A program made the translations under genes and the position numbers. Shown here piece by piece: positions 11,335 through 21,322 of a DNA stretch of 64,000 nucleotides; positions within the stretch are counted from its first letter, which is position 1; the number at the start of each line of letters is the position of its first letter. Under the pieces are notes generated by a model. The model had not been told where the DNA came from. It saw only the letters and a list, made by a program, of their open reading frames with translations, and did not search any database. The stretch is taken from positions 323,516,001 to 323,580,000 of the forward strand of contig OZ024741.1 in NCBI GenBank assembly GCA_964016885.1, read 5' to 3'. Source of the DNA: Eledone cirrhosa (lineage: Eukaryota).

Positions 11335-11716
11335 TATTATAGAGTGAAATGACAGGAAGCTAAATATGTTGAATTTGCTTAATTTTGTTATCACCGTAAA
11401 CACTATACACATTCCAGTGGCCAGGTTGTTTAAGAACCCGGTGACCTCGTCAAGTGTAAATGTGTAATCAAGCGCGCAAGGTGGCAGCATGCTACTACGT
11501 TCTTCTCGGGGTCGAAAACATAGCACACACCTTTTCTTTGCTTGGTTCCTTAAAGCTTACCCTTACTCCGTTGGTATACATCTATTACACAATTTACACC
11601 TGATGAGGTCACCGGGTTCTTACGCAACATGGCCAATGAAATGTACATAGTGTTTACGGCAATAAAAAATTAAGGAAATTCAACATATTTGCCTCCTGTC
11701 ATTTCACTTTATAATA
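11335..11716. mobile_element. element with ~133-bp diverged inverted arms carrying hammerhead-like motifs (inverted PLE pseudo-LTR pair or MITE)
   Basis: 11335-11468 is a diverged reverse complement of 11584-11716. The left end abuts (TA)n. Confidence 0.7.
11596..11653 (+). ncRNA. minimal type I hammerhead-like motif with a 3-nt insertion before GAAA
   Basis: ACAC / CTGATGA / GGTCA...TGGCC / AAT / GAA / palindromic ATGTACAT / A / GTGT. Confidence 0.5.
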
Positions 11717-11861
11717 CATCTACTCCGTTCCCGCACCATCAACATGATTCAATATTGAAGATGGATGAGTTTCATAACGTCGAATGCTTTTCTCATATTA
11801 CGTCATGATTAACATTGCAGAACGATCAATTCTACCCAGTGGTAAACCACCAAATTTAAAC

Positions 11862-11909
<48 letters not shown>

Positions 11910-11959
11910 TACTATATATTACTATATATATATCTACCAATCAATCAATCTATCTATCG

Positions 11960-11963
11960 CTCG

Positions 11964-12047
<84 letters not shown>
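11960..12047. repeat. (CT)n microsatellite
   Basis: Directly visible. Confidence 0.95.
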
Positions 12048-12051
<4 letters not shown>

Positions 12052-12300
12052 ATATATATATATGCGGGTGTGTACACGCGTGTAAGTCTCACGTGTATAT
12101 TTATTTGCGTGTTTAGGAGAGAGTGAAGGTGGAAGGGAAGATAGAAAGAGGATAGATACAGTGAGAAAGGGAATAAGAAGGAGAAGATAGAGATTAGGAG
12201 CAAGAGAATGGAAGAGGGTTATCACACGTAGTGGTGGGTGGCAGCATGACACTTGTGGCGTTTATCGAGCTTTTTTGTAAACATTGCTTCTCACTAAACT

Positions 12301-12403
12301 ACACACACACACACACATACACACACAAAGACACACACACACACACACACACAAAGACACACACAAACACGCCCCCACACACAAACAAACACACACACAT
12401 ACG

Positions 12404-12445
<42 letters not shown>
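12301..12445. repeat. (CA)n imperfect microsatellite
   Basis: Directly visible. Confidence 0.95.
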
Positions 12446-12447
<2 letters not shown>

Positions 12448-12529
12448 ATTATACATACACATTTGCTCTCAGAAACTAACGCGGCCACATACACATATCA
12501 AACACCAACACATTCAAGCACAGACACAC

Positions 12530-12575
<46 letters not shown>

Positions 12576-12778
12576 CTTTCCCCACACCTTCCCAGAACTT
12601 GTTTTTTCCTTTTTTTCCTTTCTTTACATTACTTGCCCACTCTCAAGAGCGTGAAACTAATAAACCTTTGTTCGTACTGCCTCTCTGTTTTCTTCCCGTT
12701 CAATTTTTCACTATATATATATATATATCAGGCCGTTTATTTACAAATGAATCGAATATTATAATTAATATTCGATAT

Positions 12779-13001
12779 AGGGCGTTGGATTATCAGAATC
12801 GATAGAAGGTTGGAAAACACGCTTTGCGGCACATAGTTACAGCCGTTTACGTTCTGAGTTCAAATCCCGCCGAGGTTAGATTTGCCTTTCATCCTTACAG
12901 GGTCGATGAAATAAAGCACCAGTAATGCACTGAGGTTGATTTAATCAGAGTTCTCCCTTCCCAAATCTGTTGGCCTTGTGCCTATAGTACAAACCATTAT
13001 T
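12779..13001 (+). mobile_element. tRNA-type SINE, family A (long variant, full length)
   Basis: AGGGCGTTGGATTATCAGAATCGATAG head, GAGTTCAAATCC B-box, core and AAACCATTATT tail. Confidence 0.85.
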
Positions 13002-13088
13002 AATAGTCGATATAACTCATACGTACATATGTATACGTGTGTATATGTGCATGTTTGTATATATATATATGTCCGTATATATATGTGT

Positions 13089-13298
13089 GTACGTATGCAT
13101 ACTTACATTTATGTATCAGTTGTACTAGGGCTAGAAATAAAATTCTAGTTTTATTTTTAGTTATCGGCACGGTTAGCCGTAACTCGCTCGATATGCAAAT
13201 GAGTCTACTCAGCCGATGTATCCTTAAGAAAATATATATTTTCAAACGTTCAACAGATTGGCAGAGGTATACAGTCCTGATGACCCAGCAATATGTTG
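13089..13298 (+). mobile_element. probable PLE pseudo-LTR fragment (decayed EN C-terminus plus 5' half of a hammerhead)
   Basis: Reads CISCTRARNKIL...RNSLDMQMSLLSRCILKK (compare CDLCAAEALEIL...NILNKKSEAISACKHK in the intact PLE), then CTGATGA-CC-CAGCA-ATA-TGTTG at 13277-13298. Shorter related copies lie at about 9802-9905 and 14121-14180. Confidence 0.4.
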
Positions 13299-13380
13299 AT
13301 TGTTCCTCAAAGCCAGTGTTAAACAAACGGGTGACAATTTGTTACCGACACGGCACAGCTTTAATCGGGACGTTTGTTTA
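13298..13380. repeat. dispersed ~82-bp repeat, copy 1
   Basis: GATTGTTCCTCAAAGCCAGTGTT...ATCGGGACGTTTGTTTA is near-identical to 14877-14957. Confidence 0.85.
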
Positions 13381-13407
13381 CAACGAATTGAATATTATTA
13401 TTTGTTT

Positions 13408-13794
13408 AGGGCGGTGGATTGGCAGTATCGGTAGAGGGTCGGACGCCATGCTTTCCAGCATAGTTACTTCCCTTTACGATCTGAGTTCAAATCGCGCCGA
13501 GCTTGACTTTGCCTTTCATCCTTACGGGGTCAATAAAATAAAGTACCAGTAATACACTGGGTAATTGCTGGCCTTGTACCTAAAGTAGAAACAATTATTT
13601 GTTTAGGGCGGTGGAGTGGCAGTATCGGTAGAGGGTCGGACGCCATGCTTTGCAGCAAAGAGTTACGGCCCTTTATGGTCTGAGTTCAAATCCCGCCGAG
13701 GTTAACTTTGCCTTTCATCCTTACGGAGTCGATAATATAAAGTACCAGTAATGTACTGGGTAATTGCTGGTCTTGTGTCAAAAAAGTAGAAACA
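13408..13794 (+). mobile_element. head-to-tail dimer of family A SINEs (13408-13593, 13605-13794)
   Basis: Two full copies with A-box TGGCAGTATCGG and B-box GAGTTCAAATC. ATTATTTGTTT occurs at 13397-13407, 13594-13604 and 13795-13805. Confidence 0.9.
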
Positions 13795-14048
13795 ATTATT
13801 TGTTTTGCAAGGTTTTTGATATGAAATAGTGTGTCGAAACAAATATTGTTATACATGGGGAGGATCATATTGTTATAATATTGTCAGAAATAATAACAGA
13901 ACACACTCACTGTAATGAGTGTGTTCTGGCAGCCTTGTGCCAAAAGTAGAAACAATTATAACAATATGACCCTCCCCAAGTATAACAATATTATTATTAA
14001 TATTCCATATAACCTATACGTCCAAATGTATATGTATATATGTGTGTG

Positions 14049-14119
<71 letters not shown>

Positions 14120-14193
14120 TCGTATGCATACTTACATTTATGTATCAACTGTGCTAGGGCGAGAAATAGAATTTTAATTTTATATATATATAT

Positions 14194-14600
14194 AAAGTAT
14201 TCGCTGCACATTCAATATTTACTGTGATTGTCGCATATAATACAGTTGCGGGTGTGTATATGATTGTTGTGGGTATATACGTGTCCATATGTATCACGTC
14301 TGCGCGAAACATGGACATGGGTGTGGGCGTCTACAGGCCAGGATGGCTGCGACAGGGCGCGAGCGTTTCAATCATACATACCCCTTACCTCCTAAATTAG
14401 TAATTCCGATATAAGAAACAACTCTGATTGACAGGTGACATAAGAAAGGAACCAGATATATGACGGCCATGAGAGTCAAAAATACCGATGACGTGTACAA
14501 TTCTTGACCACTCATCGACAGAAAACAACAGGATTGAAGCTGGCGAGCGAATGTAATATTATACTCTGCTCTGTAAGAGCATTGAGTGCTCAAACGGCCT
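14194..14600 (-). mobile_element. possible decayed PLE fragment (GIY-YIG-like motif plus downstream terminal segment)
   Basis: Minus-strand AVIYLVPFLCHLSIRVVSYIGIT. 14194-14317 ends at (TA)n and recurs inverted at 21009-21132. Confidence 0.35.
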
Positions 14601-14876
14601 ACTGCTTACAGACGCTTTAAGCATCCCACACCAATTATATATATAGTCATGCATACACACATAAGCACTCTTACACACACACTCTTATACACGCAATTAC
14701 ACAAACACACACGACGCTACATACTATATACACTACACACACAACAGATATACCACATCAATATATACGACCAACAACACAACATCCCAATAATTCGATA
14801 TGTAGGAATACGGTCAGGCCATTCTCTCTTTTGTGTCTTAGAAAGGCTATAGGGGTAGCATGTCCAATTGGTTAAG

Positions 14877-14957
14877 ATTGTTCCTCAAAGCCAGTGTTGA
14901 ACAAACGGTGACAATTTGTCACCGACACGGCACAGCTTTAATCGGGACGTTTGTTTA
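14877..14957. repeat. dispersed ~82-bp repeat, copy 2
   Basis: Near-identical to 13298-13380. Confidence 0.85.
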
Positions 14958-14976
14958 TAAGAAGTATATATATATC

Positions 14977-15165
14977 ACCTTGACCGACCAGTCTGTCGGG
15001 CGCCAATCGGTGCCGCTGGTCACAGCACGTCATGCTGTTTTAGCCATAAGATAACGCCATCCCACTGGCTGGGCGGGCTGCCGGTACCCATTTCTACAGC
15101 TGAGTAAACTGGAGCAACGTGAAATAAAGTGTCTTGCTCAAGGAAATAAAACATCACCCGGTCCG
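14977..15165 (-). mobile_element. SINE body (head removed at the PLE junction)
   Basis: Minus strand CCCGGACCGGG...CCTTGAGCAAGACACTTTATTTCACGTTGCTCCAGTTTACTCAGCTGTAGAAATGGGTACC, a typical post-B-box SINE segment. Joined to the palindrome arm at 15166. Confidence 0.65.
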
Positions 15166-16124
<959 letters not shown>

Positions 16125-16451
16125 CTTAACGGGATCTTCTGAAACTAACAAAGTCAATCTGTAAACGCAGAAGTGGATATTTCAAAAAACGTTGCAACCG
16201 GAGGACGACAGGAAAACGATACTTTGGTTCGTGGAAACGTTCGCTATGCAAATAAGTAATGGTATAAACAAAACATATACTTAGCTCCCACATCAAGACG
16301 TAACATATCCACGTATAGATCGTACTATCCGTTAGGGTATAACGTGGGGCTGTAATACAGGAAAGTTTTGTGCAATTTATGTTTACAAGCCGAAATTGCC
16401 TCAGATTTTTTGTTTAAGATGTGGTATGTGGCGTAGAGTATTTCCAGGGCC

Positions 16452-17687
16452 TCTATTTGGATTAAAAAATCCAATAGTACCCCATTCGACGTGAGTATGG
16501 GTGCCAGTGATTCTGCAGAGGTTACTGATCTTATCGACCTTTTCCTTCTTTTCTCTATCAAGGACGAATTCCTCAACGCGGGCGGTGGTTTGTACCGTGA
16601 CGATGGTCTTTTGACCATGACTAAGTGGGGACCTCATTCTTGCGACAGGTTCAGAAAAGAACTCACAGCCTTCTTTAAAGGCTTCAACCTCTCTATACAG
16701 GTTGAGGCCAATCTCTCGGTCGTTAATTACCTCGACGTTACCCTCAATTTATTGAATGGGTTGTATTACCCGTATAGAAAGCCGAATCATACGCTTAATT
16801 ACATAAGTAAGCATTCCAACCATCCTGCCAGCATAACCAAGAACCTGGTAAGAAACGTTTCGTTGAGGCTTTCCCGTCTTTCCACCAACGAGCGTATTTT
16901 CAACGACCATTCCACTTATTACAATGAAGCTCTTGCTCGAAGTGGATTTGTCGATAAGGTAGCATATACAGAGTACGAAAATAGACCTAGAAGAAATAGA
17001 TCCCGTCGCATTTGTTGGTATAATCCACCATATAATATGGAGGTGGCCACACCATTAGCTAAGATCTTTCTTTCCCTTATTACGAAGCATTTTCCCCCAA
17101 CACATAAATATAGTACAAATTTTAATAGAAATACTATTAAAATTTCTTACTCTACGACTCCTAACCTTGCACATAACATCACAGCTTCAAATTTAGCTAA
17201 ACTACCTAGCCGTAGGAACACATGCAACCCTGTAGTTAGTACTAACTGTAATTGTAGGAATCGGGTTGATTGCCCCCTATCCGGGAAATGCCTCTCTAGT
17301 AACATTGTCTACAAATGTAAGGTTGTAACACCCACGTCCCGTAGGGCCTACATAGGGTTAACCGCCAATAGATTCAAGGAGCGTCTCTACATGCATACCC
17401 ATTCTTTTCGTTACCCTTTAAGAAGGAATATGACGTCACTTTCAGCTTATATCTGGAGTCTAAAAGACAACCACACCCAATATAAGTTACACTGGGAGAT
17501 CCTAGCTAGGGCTAGATCGTATAACGGAAATAAAAGACCATGTGACCTCTGCGCCGCTGAGGCCCTGGAAATACTCTACGCCACAGACAACATCTTAAAC
17601 AAAAAATCTGAGGCAATTTCGGCTTGTAAACATAAATTGCACAAAACTTTCCTGTATTACAGCCCCACGTTATACCCTAACGGATAG
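16452..17687 (+). CDS. PLE reverse transcriptase (C-terminal part) plus GIY-YIG endonuclease, 5'-truncated, probably Nematis-like clade
   Basis: Uninterrupted 411-codon frame: WIKK..FDVSMGASDSAEV (motif B'), GLYRDDGL (motif C), NYLDV (E), YISKHSNHP (thumb), CNCRNRVDCPLSGKC linker, NIVY...AYIGLT..RFKER...H (GIY-YIG), CDLCAAE...LNKKSE...CKH. The native start and RT motif A are missing. The clade call is inference. Confidence 0.9.
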   Translation, partial: SIWIKKSNSTPFDVSMGASDSAEVTDLIDLFLLFSIKDEFLNAGGGLYRDDGLLTMTKWGPHSCDRFRKELTAFFKGFNLSIQVEANLSVVNYLDVTLNLLNGLYYPYRKPNHTLNYISKHSNHPASITKNLVRNVSLRLSRLSTNERIFNDHSTYYNEALARSGFVDKVAYTEYENRPRRNRSRRICWYNPPYNMEVATPLAKIFLSLITKHFPPTHKYSTNFNRNTIKISYSTTPNLAHNITASNLAKLPSRRNTCNPVVSTNCNCRNRVDCPLSGKCLSSNIVYKCKVVTPTSRRAYIGLTANRFKERLYMHTHSFRYPLRRNMTSLSAYIWSLKDNHTQYKLHWEILARARSYNGNKRPCDLCAAEALEILYATDNILNKKSEAISACKHKLHKTFLYYSPTLYPNG

Positions 17688-17849
17688 TACGATCTATACG
17701 CGGATATTTTACGTCTTGATGTGGGAGCTAAGTATATGTTTTGTTTATACCATTACTTATTTGCATAGCGAACGTTTCCACGAACCAAAGTATCGTCTTC
17801 CTGTCTTCCTCCGGTTGCAACGGTTTTTGAAATATCCACTTCTGCGTTT

Positions 17850-17925
17850 ACAGATTGACTTTGTTAGTTTCAGAAGATCCCGTTAAGGGTGAAAGCAGCG
17901 ATTCTTTGCTTAAACTTTAATCTGT
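17850..17925 (+). ncRNA. type I hammerhead ribozyme motif with variant core (CAGAAGA) in the PLE 3' pseudo-LTR
   Basis: Stem I ACAGATTGA[CTTTGTT bulge]AGTTT pairs with AAACT-TTAATCTGT. Core CAGAAGA (17871-17877); stem II CCC-GTTAA-GGG; GAAA (17891); stem III AGCA...TGCT. Predicted cleavage after T17911 (CUU triplet). Confidence 0.75.
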
Positions 17926-18023
17926 TATTTTAATAATAATTTGCTCTGCGGTTCTTATATATTTGATATATATTTATCCTTATCGAGCCCTCTTTGGATT
18001 TTAGTCTTCAAATTTATTATTAT

Positions 18024-18059
<36 letters not shown>

Positions 18060-18061
<2 letters not shown>

Positions 18062-18610
18062 ATAGAGGTGTAACACACGAGTTATGATATATTGGTAAAA
18101 GGAAAAGAAAATGCTGACAAATTGTTCCCAGTGAAAAATTGTTTAATTAGGAATAAGTAAAAATTAGTAAGGTCATGTGATTAGTAAGTAAAAATTGGTA
18201 GAGGTCATGTGAATGTTAAAAATTGATTTTGCGCCAAATGTAGGTTTGTCTCGGCTGATTGAGAAGTCACTGAAAAATAAGTCTTTTAAGACAAATATGT
18301 GTGTGTGTGTGTGTAGTAGTAGTAAAGAGGTTCATTGTTGTGATAATGGTCAGCAGGGATGTGTGTGCGAACCGCAGCCTGCTGACAGGTCCACAGTTCA
18401 GATGCCTATTAAGACACGTGTGTGTGTGTGTGTGTAGCAGAGTAATTCGTGGTAGAGGGATCGGACAGTAGGAATGTGGCTGTACGTGTGTGGGGGATAT
18501 TTTAATATGTTAAAAGATACTTTTCAGCTCTTGTCTTATACGGAGAAGTGTGTGTGTGTGTGTATGTGTGTGTGTATATGTCTCTTTGTATGTTAATGTA
18601 CGCGTCTGTC

Positions 18611-18694
<84 letters not shown>

Positions 18695-19211
18695 GACCAG
18701 TATTTTTGTGATACTGGTAAAAATGGTGTACATTATTCGATATTTTCAGTAAAAACGATTCTCTCAATAGAACATCAAAAACCTTAATAATAAAAGGTGT
18801 GAAATGATATATAGTATTGGCATAATACCAAGGTGTGTGTGAGTGTCCAGATTGTACGTACTGCAAGGGGAATTCATTAGGCCAAACCTACATTTGGCGC
18901 AAAATCAATTTTTAACATTCACATGACCTCTACCGACCAATCAAAATTGTTTTGACCACAAGAATTTTTTCATACATCTGGAGCCACTTTTTTATACATA
19001 AAACAGGTAGAATTTCCAAAACTAATCAGATTAGAGCAAACAACACGGGCGCTTTATCTCAAAATTATTTTTGAAAAGCATTAGAAATGCGCAACCGGTA
19101 AAACTTAAAACCAAAACTGAATACTAACCAATACTATTACTAATTTTTACTTATTCCTAATTAAACTATTTTTCACTGGGAACAATTTGTCAGCATTTTC
19201 TTTTCCTTTTA

Positions 19212-19220
<9 letters not shown>
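18060..19220. mobile_element. TA-flanked element with nested inverted repeats (PLE-style inverted terminal duplication)
   Basis: 18087-18170 pairs with 19137-19220 (~84 bp, near perfect), and 18197-18248 pairs with 18883-18934 (52 bp). (TA)n on both sides. Confidence 0.7.
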
Positions 19221-19282
<62 letters not shown>

Positions 19283-19287
<5 letters not shown>

Positions 19288-19869
19288 TGATGAAGGACTA
19301 TTTTTATCATATGTAACCCATGTGCAACCACGCAGTATTCATTCTTCTCATGTTTTTATATAGAATTTCCCCAGCTGCGTTTGTCTGTTTCTCTCTTACT
19401 GCTTCCCCCCTCTCTCTGTTTCTCTCACCTTCTTTCGCCCCCTTTGTCAGTTACGTTTTTTCTCGACTGGCCTCTTCCTCGCACTGCCACTCACTCACTC
19501 TCTGCTTCTCCCCTTCTCACTTCCTCCCGTTTGGCCTGAAGTGGGGTCCTTTCTAGCTCACACCTCACTTGCGTCGCACGGTCTGTTGTCACACGCTCAT
19601 GAAATCCACACAGCTTAAGCTGATCGGACTCCCATGTGCTTGTTTTTTCCTATCTTTGCGTTGCTATCCTTCTATGTTTGTTTACTTGTCTCGCTCGCTT
19701 TACGCGATTTACTTGTCACAATAGCTTTATTTAGCTATTGCTCGCATCAACCGGAGGTATATGCTTTTTAAAGCGATGAAATACCAATGAAGGTTGGAAA
19801 ATCACTGATGAAGGACTATTTTTATCATATGTAACCCATGTGCAACCACGCAGTATTCATTGTTCTCAT

Positions 19870-19873
<4 letters not shown>
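19283..19873 (+). mobile_element. non-coding TA-flanked element with 73-bp terminal direct repeats (518-bp period)
   Basis: 19283-19355 equals 19801-19873 apart from one substitution, and starts ATCACTGATGAAGGAC. (TA)n lies immediately on both sides. Confidence 0.75.
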
Positions 19874-19906
<33 letters not shown>

Positions 19907-19977
19907 AGCAAATTATAAATGTAAACATGTAAGTATGTTTTTGAATCGGTGCGCGAGTTTGAAATTAGAAATTAGAA

Positions 19978-20131
19978 ATTATAAGCTTTCACCGTATTTT
20001 TCACCGTAAAAAGATGAGTGTTGCCGTTCATGTACGGCAACACTCATCTTTTTCCATTTTTCCGAGGATTATAAACCCCACTATCAGACTAGAAATTTCT
20101 TTAGTCTAAAAATACGGTGAAAGCTTATAAT
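19978..20131. repeat. 154-bp fold-back element: 24-bp TIRs enclosing two hairpins
   Basis: 19978-20001 / 20108-20131 perfect inverted pair; perfect 20-bp stem 20008-20027 / 20034-20053; AGACTA...TAGTCT hairpin at 20086-20107. Confidence 0.85.
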
Positions 20132-20137
20132 ATATAC

Positions 20138-20201
<64 letters not shown>

Positions 20202-20240
20202 GATATTAATAAATGGAAACTATATTTATAAAACCATATT

Positions 20241-20305
20241 TATTTCATTATACATATTTCAGGGATACCAAATTAAATTATAGTATGCCTTCATCAGACA
20301 AAATA
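20241..20305 (-). ncRNA. minimal type I hammerhead ribozyme motif (canonical core)
   Basis: Minus strand: TATTTTGT / CTGATGA / AGGCATAC...GTATCCCT / GAA / quasi-palindromic ATATGTAT / A / ATGAAATA. Lies in a ~270-bp segment between two long (TA)n tracts. Confidence 0.7.
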
Positions 20306-20464
20306 CAATATATAACAGTTTTACAAATAAGCTTTGACGTACCCTTTTAAAATGCAACCATTATTTTTGGAAGCCATATATCTACTCCAAATACTTGTCT
20401 AGTGCTTTATATCAGTTATAAAAATATTTACTTGTTGTATCCCAACAATTTTAAGTAGAACTTT

Positions 20465-20692
<228 letters not shown>

Positions 20693-20766
20693 TATTGAAA
20701 TTTCCGTTGGAAACAGAAAAGGTCATAGAAATGAAGAGTGCTCTATGTAAGTATCAGGGCAAAATT

Positions 20767-20955
20767 TAATGTATAAAAATCAATACAATATAATTACCTC
20801 ATTACCAGAGGTTTCCCGAATGAGGCGAATACGTCAGACGAGGCAAATTATATTGCCTCGTCTGACGAACGAATGAAGTCGTTTATTTCGTATTCGCCTC
20901 ATTCGGGAAACCTCTGGTAATGAGGTAATTATATTGTATTGATTTTTATACATTA
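20767..20955. repeat. fold-back element: 67-bp perfect inverted arms plus 15-bp internal hairpin
   Basis: 20767-20833 / 20889-20955; hairpin CGTCAGACGAGGCAA-ATTATA-TTGCCTCGTCTGACG at 20832-20867. Confidence 0.9.
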
Positions 20956-20969
20956 TATTATTAATATAA

Positions 20970-21008
<39 letters not shown>

Positions 21009-21011
<3 letters not shown>

Positions 21012-21127
21012 CCATGTTTCGCGCAGACGTGATACATATGGACACGTATACACCCACAACAATCATATACACACCCGAAACTGTATTATATGCGACAATC
21101 ACAGTAAATATTGAATGTGCAGCGAAT

Positions 21128-21132
<5 letters not shown>
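21009..21132 (+). repeat. solo TA-flanked copy of the terminal segment at 14194-14317 (inverted)
   Basis: Near-identical reverse complement; (TA)n on both sides. Confidence 0.9.
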
Positions 21133-21199
<67 letters not shown>

Positions 21200-21234
21200 C
21201 ATACATACATACATACATACACACAGACACACAC

Positions 21235-21320
<86 letters not shown>

Positions 21321-21322
<2 letters not shown>

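Noticed and set aside
12779-13794. tRNA genes suggested by A/B boxes
   Set aside because: The boxes belong to multi-copy SINE heads, and no cloverleaf is evident.
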